Part shown: one piece after another, positions 21,824 through 31,360 of the stretch
Numbering within the stretch: position 1 is the first letter of the stretch
How the letters are laid out: each line of letters begins with the position of its first letter
Notes under the pieces: generated by a model
What the model was told of the DNA's origin: nothing
Databases searched by the model: none
Seen by the model: the letters and a program-made list of their open reading frames with translations, nothing else
Assembly (NCBI RefSeq): GCF_007741515.1
Contig: NZ_CP036263.1
Coordinates: forward strand, 3,023,178-3,087,177
Length of the DNA: 64,000 bases
Direction of reading: 5' to 3'
DNA from: Adhaeretor mobilis
GTDB lineage: Bacteria; Planctomycetota; Planctomycetia; Pirellulales; Lacipirellulaceae
Program-made: the position numbers and the translations under genes

Positions 21824-22285
21824 ATGAATTACCTTGAAGCCCCTACTGAATATGATGCCGATGGCCGTGCGGTGTTCTTGGCTGGTGGAATCACGGATGC
21901 AGAAAACTGGCAATCAGATCTTATTGAATCACTGCAAGGTGTTGATGCGACTGTCCTCAATCCGAGGCGTAAAGAATTTCCTATGAATGACGAATCTGCT
22001 GGATTGCAGCAGATCGAATGGGAGCATCGGCACCTAGCAAAAGCAGACTTGATTGCTTTTTGGTTCCCTCCGCAAACCTTGTGTCCGATAGCGTTGTTTG
22101 AGCTGGGAGCTTGCTGTGCATCAAGCGTCCCACTGGTTGTCGGGACTTCTCCGGAGTATGCGAGAAGATTCGATGTCGTCACGCAACTTCGATTACTACG
22201 ACCAGAGGTGAATGTGCATGACAGCCTGGAAGAGCTGCAGCTTGCCATCATGGAGCACCCCTTGTTCGAGGAGTCTTTGCGATGA
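21824..22285 (+). CDS. nucleoside 2-deoxyribosyltransferase-like Rossmann protein (start reassigned to MNYLEAP)
   Basis: AVFLAGGI ... IEWEHRHLAKADLIAFWFPP ... ALFELGACCAS...PLVVG resembles the NDT-like/DUF4062-type fold; the ORF-track start at 21686 overlaps the ARH gene. Confidence 0.4.
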   Translation: MNYLEAPTEYDADGRAVFLAGGITDAENWQSDLIESLQGVDATVLNPRRKEFPMNDESAGLQQIEWEHRHLAKADLIAFWFPPQTLCPIALFELGACCASSVPLVVGTSPEYARRFDVVTQLRLLRPEVNVHDSLEELQLAIMEHPLFEESLR

Positions 22286-22878
22286 AAGCCTTGCTACTGA
22301 TCGACATCCAAAATGATTTCCTGCCGGGTGGTGCGCTAGCAGTAGCCAATGGCAACGAAGTTGTGCCAATCGCAAATAGATTAATGGCCGATTACGACCT
22401 CGTCGTAGCGACGCAGGACTGGCATCCGGAAGGCCATGGCTCATTTGCAAGCCAGCACCCAGATCACGATGTTGGCGAGATTGTGACCCTAAATGGACTC
22501 GATCAAATCCTATGGCCCGATCACTGTGTCCAAGGAACTTCTGGAGCTGAATTTGCAAGAGAACTGAACACAGCAGGCATAGACCATGTCATTCAAAAAG
22601 GAACCGACAGAAACATCGATAGCTACAGCGGATTCTTCGATAACGCTCGTCGTAAGGCGACGGGTATGGAGACCTACCTACGTGAGCAGCAGGTTGATGA
22701 AGTCCATGTTGTGGGCCTCGCAACGGACTACTGCGTGAAGTTTACCGCACTGGATGCAGTCGACCTAGGATTCAAGACATCGATTCTGATGGATGGTGTA
22801 CGAGGAGTAGATTTGAACGAAGGTGACTGTCAAAGAGCAATAGATGAAATGAAGGCGGCTGGAATAGCCGTCGCATGA
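22282..22878 (+). CDS. pncA: nicotinamidase (isochorismatase family)
   Basis: LIDIQNDF (Asp), DWHPEGHGSF metal site, catalytic Cys in ATDYCVKFT. Confidence 0.7.
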   Translation: MKALLLIDIQNDFLPGGALAVANGNEVVPIANRLMADYDLVVATQDWHPEGHGSFASQHPDHDVGEIVTLNGLDQILWPDHCVQGTSGAEFARELNTAGIDHVIQKGTDRNIDSYSGFFDNARRKATGMETYLREQQVDEVHVVGLATDYCVKFTALDAVDLGFKTSILMDGVRGVDLNEGDCQRAIDEMKAAGIAVA

Positions 22879-22887
22879 AAGAGCAGA

Positions 22888-23742
22888 ATGATGAATCGAA
22901 ATAATCGAAAACAAATAGGCAGCCAGACTGTAGAGATCGTAGACCGAGGATGGTACGAGCTTGACAGTCATGGTCGTATTGATATTGCTGCACCGGTGAA
23001 AAACTGCCTGAGCGATACTCGGCTTTACACTCCACATGAATCGGACGACTTGCTGAATAATGAGTACTCCCGTGCATATGAAACCGTGATTGAAGTCGAG
23101 AATGAGACCACCCTGTCGGCTGCAACACGTCTCATCGTTGAGCAGAAACGTCCTAACACTTTGTGTTTGAACTTCGCCTCTGCAAAAAACCCAGGAGGTG
23201 GATTCTTGGGTGGGAGCCAGGCGCAAGAAGAGAGCCTTGCACGTTCGTCCGCACTCTACGCATCTTTGTTGACGCAAAATGTGTACTACGAGACCAATCG
23301 GGCTTGTCGTACCGCGTTATACACTGATCTCATGATCCTCAGCCCAGACGTTCCAGTATTTCGGGCTGATGAGGGCAGCTTATTGCCCGATCCCTATTTG
23401 TTGAGCATTTTGACTTCTCCAGCTGTGAATGCCGGAGCAGTGAAGAAGAATGAGCAGGACAAAGAACCGATGATCATTCCGACTATGACTCAACGTATCG
23501 CAAAGGTGCTCACGATAGCGGCTGAGCATGGCTACGAGCATCTCATTTTTGGGGCATGGGGATGTGGTGTATTTCGAAACGATCCAGGTGAGATCGCAAA
23601 GCTATTCGCGGAGGCGCTACTCGATGGTGGACAATTCTGCAATCGATTCGCCAGTGTGACCTTTGCCGTTTTGGACGGAACCGATGGTGAGCGAATTATC
23701 AGACCGTTCAGACAAGAGTTCGTGAAAGGAGCGTTGAATTGA
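22888..23742 (+). CDS. bacterial-type poly(ADP-ribose) glycohydrolase-like protein (DUF2263/TIGR02452 macro fold)
   Basis: PARG signature NPGGGFLGGSQAQEESLARSS (GGG-X6-8-QEE). Confidence 0.7.
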   Translation: MMNRNNRKQIGSQTVEIVDRGWYELDSHGRIDIAAPVKNCLSDTRLYTPHESDDLLNNEYSRAYETVIEVENETTLSAATRLIVEQKRPNTLCLNFASAKNPGGGFLGGSQAQEESLARSSALYASLLTQNVYYETNRACRTALYTDLMILSPDVPVFRADEGSLLPDPYLLSILTSPAVNAGAVKKNEQDKEPMIIPTMTQRIAKVLTIAAEHGYEHLIFGAWGCGVFRNDPGEIAKLFAEALLDGGQFCNRFASVTFAVLDGTDGERIIRPFRQEFVKGALN

Positions 23743-24716
23743 ATAACACAGCAGTTGATCAACCGTCGACTATTGTCACTGCGGGCATTGTCGGACAAGC
23801 CGTTGGTGATGCTCTCGGCGTTCCAGTTGAATTTCAATCCCGTGAAAGCCTCGATCGAAATCCAGTGATTGGAATGCGTTCAGGTGGTTCGCATGATCAG
23901 CCAGCCGCCACCTGGTCGGACGACTCATCGCTCGTATTCTGCCTTGCTGACAGTATTTGTGAGACAGGCGTTAACTATAAGGACCAGGCGGCTCGTTTTA
24001 TTGGTTGGTTGCTCCGTGCTGAATGGACGCCGCACGGAGATATATTCGATGTTGGAAACGCGACACGTGAAGCCATCCTCCGACTTGATGCGGGCGTAGA
24101 ACCAACTCAAGCTGGACCTACAGGCGAATTCAGTTGCGGTAATGGCTCACTAATGCGAATCCTCCCGATTGCCCTCTACCTCGCTTATGCCAATCGAAAT
24201 GAGCGAATTGAAATAGCTATGAATTGCAGTCGGCTAACGCACGGTCACATCAGGTGCCAACTAGCTTGTGCACTGTTTGTAGAGATTGCAGCAGGCTTGG
24301 CGAGAGGAGGCAGTATCGCCACAAGTTTAGCAGTTGCGCAAGCAACACTTCAGCCGCTAGTTGACGCACAAGAGGAAGCAGAAGTACTGCACTTTTCTAG
24401 GTTGCTTTCCCCGGAGATCGGAGACCTCGACCGATCTGACATCTCTCGTAGCGGATACGTCATACATTGTTTGGAGTCCAGTTTATGGTGCAGCCTAAAT
24501 GCTGGCAGTTATTCCGAAGGTGTCTTGGCCGCCGTAAATCTTGGTGAAGACACGGATACAACTGGCGCAGTAGCTGGTGCACTTCTTAGTCTCATTTACG
24601 GTGTTGATGGGATTCCAAACGATTGGAAGGAATCCCTAGCCCGCAAGAAGGATGTGTGTGAGCTGTCGCACCGCTTCGAAATTGCTTGTCGGAAACGATG
24701 GGAGTTAGACAAATGA
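23739..24716 (+). CDS. ADP-ribosylglycohydrolase family protein (second paralog)
   Basis: VGQAVGDALGVPVEF and GEDTDTTGAVAGALLS. Confidence 0.75.
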   Translation: MNNTAVDQPSTIVTAGIVGQAVGDALGVPVEFQSRESLDRNPVIGMRSGGSHDQPAATWSDDSSLVFCLADSICETGVNYKDQAARFIGWLLRAEWTPHGDIFDVGNATREAILRLDAGVEPTQAGPTGEFSCGNGSLMRILPIALYLAYANRNERIEIAMNCSRLTHGHIRCQLACALFVEIAAGLARGGSIATSLAVAQATLQPLVDAQEEAEVLHFSRLLSPEIGDLDRSDISRSGYVIHCLESSLWCSLNAGSYSEGVLAAVNLGEDTDTTGAVAGALLSLIYGVDGIPNDWKESLARKKDVCELSHRFEIACRKRWELDK

Positions 24717-26185
24717 TCAATCTCAAAACAGTACGCCGAGGCGACCGCGTCGCCGTTTGGAATGCAAAAGGTGAAGTCCGCTTTGTCGACGGACCGAAAC
24801 GCCTGTTGCTATTTCGCGAACGAATCGAATCCTTGCGACGCTACCGAGCCGAACCACATCAGTATCTCGTCGTTCAGTTCCTGGACGGTCGTACCGAGCA
24901 CGTGCGAGGGCCAGCTGAACTTTGGTTAAGCCCCGTCGAGCACGATTCGATAGCCGTGCAAGAAGCAGAGGCGATTGACGCCAACCAGGCTGTGCTGGTT
25001 TACCAACGACAGGATGACGAAAGTGTAAGCCGTCGTGTGCTGTATGGGCCTGCCCAGTACATGCCGGAGTCCAATGAGTGGTTGCAGCGGTTAGATCCAC
25101 TGCGCAGACACAACGCTGAGGCGCACCAGTATCTGGTAGTTCGGTTTCTCGATGGTCGTACCGAGCATCTGCGGGGCCCAGCCGATATTTGGTTTCATCC
25201 AGACGAGCATGAATCCATTGCCGTGGAAGATGCCACGCCAGTCGATGCGCATCAGGCACTGGTTATCTACCGTCGTGAGGCAGACGAACACATCAGCCGC
25301 CGAGTCCTTCATGGCCCTGCTCAGTACGTGCCAGAGGCAAATGAATGGCTTCACCAGTTTCGTTGGCATGGTGCTGACCCCAACGACCCTAAGCACAAAG
25401 TGCCCAGGGCGCTGCGGTTCACCAAACTGCGTGTGATCCCTGACCAAATGTACTTCGATGTGGAGGATGTACGGACAGCAGATGATGCATTGCTGGTCGT
25501 ACAGCTCATGGTCTTCTTTGAGCTCGAAGACATTGAGAAAATGCTTGATCAGACACACGACCCGATTGCCGACTTCATCAATGCACTAGCTGCCGACGTC
25601 ATTGATTTTGCCGCTAGTCGGTCATTTGAGGAATTTAAGGAAGCGACCAACAGCCTCAACGAACAGAACGAGTACACCAATCTAGTTAGTCGCGCTGAAC
25701 GCATCGGGTACCGAGTTAATAAGGTCGTCTATCGAGGCTACGTTGCTTCCAGCAAATTGCAGTCGATGCACGACGATGCAATTGAGAAGCGAACAGCCTT
25801 AAAGCTCGAAGCCGAAACTGAGCGACAAGCACAGGAACTCGCTGATTTGAAGTTGGAGCGTGAGGCCGAGAGAGAAGAAACGCGACGTGGAATGCAACGT
25901 GAGCAAGCTGAGCATGAGCAACGATTGCTACAAGTCCAACATGATGGGGATAGCGGACGCTTGGATGCGGACCAAAAACAGGAGATTGCCCATAAGCGTG
26001 AAATGCAATTGGCGGATGTGGAGCACCTGCGTGGAGAAAACGAAGAACGCCTGAGGTTCCTACGTGAGATTCAGGGGCTACAAGTTGATCTTACCCGCTA
26101 TTTAGTCGCTCAGTACCAGCACCCGGATCGGCTGATCCGAGTAGATGGCACCAACGGCAGTCAACTACACCTACACGACAATTGA
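24686..26185 (+). CDS. SPFH/band-7-like protein with N-terminal tandem ~88-aa repeats and C-terminal coiled coil
   Basis: 2.3 copies of HQYLVVxFLDGRTEHxRGPAxxW...RRVLxGPAQYxPExNEWL; then VEDVRTADDALLVVQLMVFFELEDIEK band-7-like core and an E/R-rich coiled coil. Confidence 0.5.
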   Translation: MSETMGVRQMINLKTVRRGDRVAVWNAKGEVRFVDGPKRLLLFRERIESLRRYRAEPHQYLVVQFLDGRTEHVRGPAELWLSPVEHDSIAVQEAEAIDANQAVLVYQRQDDESVSRRVLYGPAQYMPESNEWLQRLDPLRRHNAEAHQYLVVRFLDGRTEHLRGPADIWFHPDEHESIAVEDATPVDAHQALVIYRREADEHISRRVLHGPAQYVPEANEWLHQFRWHGADPNDPKHKVPRALRFTKLRVIPDQMYFDVEDVRTADDALLVVQLMVFFELEDIEKMLDQTHDPIADFINALAADVIDFAASRSFEEFKEATNSLNEQNEYTNLVSRAERIGYRVNKVVYRGYVASSKLQSMHDDAIEKRTALKLEAETERQAQELADLKLEREAEREETRRGMQREQAEHEQRLLQVQHDGDSGRLDADQKQEIAHKREMQLADVEHLRGENEERLRFLREIQGLQVDLTRYLVAQYQHPDRLIRVDGTNGSQLHLHDN

Positions 26186-26197
26186 TGCGAGGTAGAG

Positions 26198-26743
26198 ATG
26201 GATGAAAAAAGCGAACTAACGACCGTATACGAAGGTCGACATCTGTCGATGGTCCGGAGGGGGCATTGGGAATTCGCAACGCGTAATACCAAGAAGCCCG
26301 CTGTTGGAATTGTCGCCATCACAGACCAAATGAATGTTGTTTTGGTTGAACAGTTTCGTCCACCGGTTGGGCGTAAGGTGGTAGAACTCCCTGCCGGGCT
26401 GGCTGGTGACATTCCAGGCTCGGAGAATGAAGCCCTTGTCGAAGCAGCTAAACGGGAATTGCTGGAAGAGTCCGGATATACAGCAAGTGAATGGACGGAC
26501 CTTGGAAGTGGTTACTCTTCCCCAGGGCTCACGGACGAGTCGATCGTGCTATTCCTGGCCAGGGGCTTAGAAAAGACTGGGCCAGGTGGCGGCGATGAGA
26601 GCGAAGACATTATTGTCCATGAAGTTCCATGGACGGGAGTGGTAGCGTGGCTGCAGCGGCGAGAAGCAAAGGCCGATCTAAAACTTCTTGCTGGATTATA
26701 TGCCGCCTCGCATGCACTAGACAGCACGAAAGGAGCAAACTAA
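26198..26743 (+). CDS. Nudix hydrolase (ADP-ribose pyrophosphatase-like)
   Basis: Nudix box ELPAGLAGDIPGSENEALVEAAKRELLEESG. Confidence 0.75.
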   Translation: MDEKSELTTVYEGRHLSMVRRGHWEFATRNTKKPAVGIVAITDQMNVVLVEQFRPPVGRKVVELPAGLAGDIPGSENEALVEAAKRELLEESGYTASEWTDLGSGYSSPGLTDESIVLFLARGLEKTGPGGGDESEDIIVHEVPWTGVVAWLQRREAKADLKLLAGLYAASHALDSTKGAN

Positions 26744-27367
26744 GTGCCACTACCTATAGAACTTTGGTTAATTCATCCTAAACGCGAAGCCACGCAAGCG
26801 TTTGCATGGCGTTTCGATGGTTTACCGTCTGTGCGCTGCGTCCAAACCAGTTATGAAAATTTGGAGCCGCACGACTGCTTCGTAACCGCAGCTAATTGCT
26901 ACGGGATTATGAATGCCGGTATTGACGCTGCCGTAATCGGAGTCCATGGCGTTGAGCTATGCACTAGAATTCAGAACCGCATTCTTGATGAGTACCTTGG
27001 TGAACAGCCGGTCGGGACTGCGATCATCGAGCCAACGCGAAGTGCTCGCAACCCCTATGTGTGCCATGCTCCAACAATGAGGATCCCTGGGTCGATATGC
27101 GGCACGGACAACGTCTACCGCGCGACGTTCGCCGCCCTGACTTCGATATATCGATACAACGTCTCGCACGATCACCCAATCCATTCGGTTGCTCTACCTG
27201 CAATGGGGTGTGGCTTCGGCGGAATGGACTTCTCTGAGTCTGCGAGACAAATGGCAACTGCGTATACACACTACTTGAGTCCTCCCCATCACCTTGACTG
27301 GGACAATGTGGTGGGCCGTGAGAAAGCGATTTGCTACGACGGTGATACGAGAATTATTCAGACCTAA
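26744..27367 (+). CDS. macro-domain protein (ADP-ribose/Appr-1-p processing)
   Basis: VTAANCYGIMNAGIDAAV and ALPAMGCGFGG motifs of the macro fold. Confidence 0.6.
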   Translation: MPLPIELWLIHPKREATQAFAWRFDGLPSVRCVQTSYENLEPHDCFVTAANCYGIMNAGIDAAVIGVHGVELCTRIQNRILDEYLGEQPVGTAIIEPTRSARNPYVCHAPTMRIPGSICGTDNVYRATFAALTSIYRYNVSHDHPIHSVALPAMGCGFGGMDFSESARQMATAYTHYLSPPHHLDWDNVVGREKAICYDGDTRIIQT

Positions 27368-27924
27368 TGATAACTATGAACGAACAGAAATTGAAAAAAA
27401 TAAGTAAGAGCCTTAGCTATGTGCTACGGCACCGGCCCGACAGCGTAGGGCTAGAATTGGGCGACGGCGGCTGGGTAGCCGTGGAAGATCTATTGGCCGC
27501 TTTCCAGCGATCTGGCAAGACGCTGTCACGAGAGTTGCTCGATGTGGTAGTTGCTGAGAACGACAAACAACGATTCGAGTTTTCAGAGGACAACACCCAA
27601 ATTCGAGCACGGCAAGGACATTCGGCTGAGGTTGATCTCGGCTATGAGCCGGCCACCCCACCAGATGTGCTGTACCATGGCACGGCTACAAAAAACTTAG
27701 AATCGATTCGTCAGAAGGGGCTGATCAAAGCCAATCGACATCATGTGCACATGTCTACGAACAAGGAGACAATGCTCGATGTTGCGAAGAGGCATGGGAA
27801 ACCTATTTTATTGGCAGTCGATGCCAAGCAAATGCTCGCCGATGGGCATGAGTTCTTCGTCACTGGAAACAGTGTCTGGCTGACAGATCATGTACCGCCG
27901 GAGTACCTCTCGCAGGAGGACTGA
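27367..27924 (+). CDS. kptA: RNA 2-prime-phosphotransferase Tpt1/KptA
   Basis: LSYVLRHRP, RFEFS, IRARQGHS, LYHGT, RHHVHMS, GNSVWL: the KptA/Tpt1 signature residues. Confidence 0.8.
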   Translation: MITMNEQKLKKISKSLSYVLRHRPDSVGLELGDGGWVAVEDLLAAFQRSGKTLSRELLDVVVAENDKQRFEFSEDNTQIRARQGHSAEVDLGYEPATPPDVLYHGTATKNLESIRQKGLIKANRHHVHMSTNKETMLDVAKRHGKPILLAVDAKQMLADGHEFFVTGNSVWLTDHVPPEYLSQED

Positions 27925-27949
27925 TCAGCGCGATTCATCACGATAGTGG

Positions 27950-28828
27950 TTACGGCTGTTTACGGCACCTACGAGCAGAGCGTCGACGGGTGAGAATTCC
28001 ATCTCTCCGCGCAGCCACTACTGCATAGAGCGAATCAGGATCTGAAAAACTGTGTTTTTCGGCCAATACCTGTCTTCTCGCTTCAGACGCCGCTAATCGC
28101 CGCTCTTTGTAGTCGCTGAATATCTGCACTTCTCCGTCGGGCCAGCGATAGCAGTTTCTGTCGGCCATGTAATAGTAGACCATGCCGTAGCTAGCTGGGT
28201 CCATCTGAGCAATGGTCTGAGCTCTGAGTCTAAGGATCTCAGGAGGGGCAGAGTAGCAGACAAAACCGCCGCATCGGCACATATTTTCTTCAAGCCATAA
28301 CCGCTTGTTCTCTTGATAATGTACCCAGTCCTGTTCAGTGTTCTCTATGGCCGAATTATATGGGCCGCTTTCCCGTTCTCGCTCTAGCGCCGCATCCAAG
28401 CCAAATGTGTGCCATCGCAGGGTGCATTGAGAAGGCCCCAGATACTTCAGTTGGCCGCGTAAGGTCGTGAGGCTTTTTGCGTCAATCTTTGTCAGGTTGC
28501 TGTTTGTGATGAGAATCGGATCAGACGGCTCAGCACCAAACGGAGTAGGCTTAATGTGTTCGCCATGAATAAGAATGGCCGTTCCTGAAATCCGCTGAAA
28601 GGATAGCCCCCACAAGAGTCGAGCAAGGAGTTTTGCTCCGTACTGGTCACTTACTATGTGCCAAGTGTCGTGGAAGTAATTCGTGCTGTAGGCGACTTCG
28701 CTATGTGGGCGTAGCGTGACCAATCGATAGGAAGTTCCGCGCAGCTTTAGCACTCGCAGATGAAGCTTCATGCGATCGCATGCGCTTCTGCGTTTGCCGT
28801 ATCGTTGGGTTTTGCGGTTTGCTGACAT
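27950..28828 (-). CDS. hypothetical protein (292 aa, Cys/Trp/Tyr-rich)
   Basis: ORF only. Confidence 0.35.
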   Translation of the reverse strand: MSANRKTQRYGKRRSACDRMKLHLRVLKLRGTSYRLVTLRPHSEVAYSTNYFHDTWHIVSDQYGAKLLARLLWGLSFQRISGTAILIHGEHIKPTPFGAEPSDPILITNSNLTKIDAKSLTTLRGQLKYLGPSQCTLRWHTFGLDAALERERESGPYNSAIENTEQDWVHYQENKRLWLEENMCRCGGFVCYSAPPEILRLRAQTIAQMDPASYGMVYYYMADRNCYRWPDGEVQIFSDYKERRLAASEARRQVLAEKHSFSDPDSLYAVVAARRDGILTRRRSARRCRKQP

Positions 28829-28869
28829 GGGCGCTATGACACCCGAGACCGCGAGATGGTTCGGCCATT

Positions 28870-29634
28870 TCAGTTGCCAACTCGCAGCTTTACCAGCAAT
28901 TCATTCAACTTAGCCTTCCCGGTTGCCTGTTCCGGAAGAGTTGATTTCTCCATCGCCACTTCTAGATCGGCAACTAGCCGCTCGTACTCTTGCTCGTGGA
29001 ACTCTAGGTCAGCTGCATCGAGACGGCCTTTCTCTGGCCCAGCCAGTTTGCGTTCAACTAACTCACCGATGTAAGGCAACTTCGCAGTTTCGTTGAGGGT
29101 CAGCAAATTTGCTTCGACTTCACCGGTTTGCATCAGGTGGATACCCGTCAACAGCACGCGGTAGACGTACAGCAGCGGCTTCACCTTGGGCGGATCTTCC
29201 TTGCGGAATAGCTTCCACTGCGTTGCGGCAAAGCCCAAATAATGGTGAGCGTGGAATTTGGTGATGCAGTCCTTGGCAATTGCCTTCAGTTCCTCGTGCT
29301 CAGGTGTTGTCTGCACAACGAGCGGCGAGAGCAATTGCTCCAACACGTACCCGTTCTTCTTCAGCATCAGGCCAAAGAATTTCTTGGCATCGTGGGTAAC
29401 CAAGTCCATCTCCAACCCATCGTGGATGCATTCCTTCTCAACGGTCTCTTCGCCAGGGTCGAGACCGACCACTTGCTCCAGCGGCAACAGGTGCACGCCT
29501 CGCAGATCGAAGTCGGAATCTGCGGACGGAAAGCCATACAGGTGGGCACCGCTAATCGTCGCGAAGACGAGTGGGTACGGATGGGCGTCCACGTGCTTTT
29601 GCAGTTTTGCGTAGTCAATGGTTTGTGCGTTCAC
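28870..29634 (-). CDS. pol-beta-superfamily nucleotidyltransferase, PF10127 (RlaP-like)
   Basis: GAHLYGFPSADSDFDLRGVHL (GSxxYG..SDxDxxGV). Confidence 0.6.
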   Translation of the reverse strand: MNAQTIDYAKLQKHVDAHPYPLVFATISGAHLYGFPSADSDFDLRGVHLLPLEQVVGLDPGEETVEKECIHDGLEMDLVTHDAKKFFGLMLKKNGYVLEQLLSPLVVQTTPEHEELKAIAKDCITKFHAHHYLGFAATQWKLFRKEDPPKVKPLLYVYRVLLTGIHLMQTGEVEANLLTLNETAKLPYIGELVERKLAGPEKGRLDAADLEFHEQEYERLVADLEVAMEKSTLPEQATGKAKLNELLVKLRVGN

Positions 29635-30413
29635 TGAAATTCCTCCGTATCCTCTGCAGTTTGGCCATTGATGCTCGCAAGCCGTCTGACTTCCTCTAGA
29701 TTCGTTCCAGCAGGCAACACGCCTAGCTTTCCACTTAGCGTGATGAAGCGAATACTACCTGCATGAGGTCGAGTCAGCTCTAAGAAGTTGACACCACTTG
29801 TCGACTTGAGTTCGTGAATCGAAAGGTCTCTTGGCTCTGCCCATTCAATATCTGAGTTTGTTATTTCTAAGACCAAGATAGGGTCAGACGTGTCTGGTAT
29901 GACGGATACAGAGATTGTTTGATCGCCAGGAAACAATGTGTCTTCACCGACCAGGACTACATAGCTCGTGAGTGTAGTTCCGTCCTCCAAGCCACAGGGG
30001 CACGCAAATCTGCTCTCAGATACCGGCTGGAACAGCCGTTGATTTCTTGAACCATTCCATGGATCTGTCATGTCATATGCCTCGTAGATGCCATCCCCGT
30101 CAATTCCCAAGGAATCCAAGTGCGGAAGAATTAGAACCCGCCAACTATGAGCAGCATTGCCATCTGGCCCCTGGAGGAACGGAGGGGGCAATGAGCCGTA
30201 AACCGAGTCGTACTCCAGCAGTGCATGACGTAGCTTAAACAAACTCGCATGACACAGCGTTTCATGGACAGCATGTCGTGCGTTTGAGACTAGGAAGGCC
30301 AAGACTCCACAAATAATCACTACGATCCCACCTGCCGAAATCAACGTCGACTTGGAAAATCGCTCCTCCTCAGGAACGGGACTGTCTAAAGGTTCGGTTT
30401 TCTCATCGTTCAC
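29631..30413 (-). CDS. membrane-anchored hypothetical protein, possibly Planctomycete DUF1559-like
   Basis: single TM helix LISAGGIVVIICGVLAFLVS; C-terminal HAGSIRFITLSGKLG loosely resembles the H-X9-DG tail; overlaps both neighbours by 4 nt. Confidence 0.35.
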   Translation of the reverse strand: MNDEKTEPLDSPVPEEERFSKSTLISAGGIVVIICGVLAFLVSNARHAVHETLCHASLFKLRHALLEYDSVYGSLPPPFLQGPDGNAAHSWRVLILPHLDSLGIDGDGIYEAYDMTDPWNGSRNQRLFQPVSESRFACPCGLEDGTTLTSYVVLVGEDTLFPGDQTISVSVIPDTSDPILVLEITNSDIEWAEPRDLSIHELKSTSGVNFLELTRPHAGSIRFITLSGKLGVLPAGTNLEEVRRLASINGQTAEDTEEFQ

Positions 30414-31360
30414 GGCAGCTCCTCCGCAATCGCCGCTCGACGTGCTCGCACCAAGAACTCGTTCGCTCGCTCGTAATCTGGTCGCTCCGGCAAATCAGTC
30501 TCTTCCAACGCTTTGTCGAACTCCTTGTGCAGCTCCTTCCGCCACGCCTCGATGTCGCCCCAAGGTATCTTTTCGTTCTTGATAGCAAACAGCCGCTCGC
30601 GGTGCTGGCCAACATCGACTGGCACAAACCCCTCGCGGAGCACGTGGATGCCTGACAGCAACAGTCGAATGAGGTGCATCACGTGTTTGGGTTTGATCTT
30701 GCCCTGGTTACGAAGGTCGGCCTGCATCCGCTTGAACTGCGACATCACGTAGCCATTGTACGTCTGGTAGACCAGCCGCGAGAGGAATGCATCCCGCATG
30801 TCGAGCAGCTCCTGGGCGAGCGGCGAAGCGAACTCGACCAGTGGCGTGTAGAGGCACTCCAGGATGTTCGGGTTCCCCTTCAAAGCCATAATGAGGAACT
30901 TTTGCAGCTCCCAGCACGCTTCCTCAGTCTCGTCGTTCTCCAATTGCTCGGGCACACCGTAGAGCGACCAATGCAGGTCTGCGGGTGGCAGATAAATGCC
31001 ACGTCGGTCAGTGTCCGACTCCTCGGTATCGAGGCCAAACGCCCGCGAGCCGACGACGCACCGATAGATCACGCGGTCGAACAGTCCATGTGTAGAAAGC
31101 GTCTTGTTCGCGTCGTTGATAGCACCTTGCTTGTACTCGGCCAGCAACATGAGATTGTTATGGTGCAGTGCCGACTCGAACCCGTCGGGGAAACGGACGC
31201 GGTACGAATGCTGCCGATCACGTGGCGAACGGACCACCACCCCCACGGCACCCGCTGGGTGCACAGCCTCCCCGTTGGACCCTTGCACCTGCTTGAGCGC
31301 AACGACCTGCGTTCCCACCGAGTAGATGAGGTTCGGACTGTTGTGGACGCGTGATTTCAT
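30410..31360 (-). CDS. second PF10127-like nucleotidyltransferase (paralog; start trimmed to MKSRV)
   Basis: GSRAFGLDTEESDTDRRGIYL; same architecture as 28870..29634. Confidence 0.6.
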   Translation of the reverse strand: MKSRVHNSPNLIYSVGTQVVALKQVQGSNGEAVHPAGAVGVVVRSPRDRQHSYRVRFPDGFESALHHNNLMLLAEYKQGAINDANKTLSTHGLFDRVIYRCVVGSRAFGLDTEESDTDRRGIYLPPADLHWSLYGVPEQLENDETEEACWELQKFLIMALKGNPNILECLYTPLVEFASPLAQELLDMRDAFLSRLVYQTYNGYVMSQFKRMQADLRNQGKIKPKHVMHLIRLLLSGIHVLREGFVPVDVGQHRERLFAIKNEKIPWGDIEAWRKELHKEFDKALEETDLPERPDYERANEFLVRARRAAIAEELP

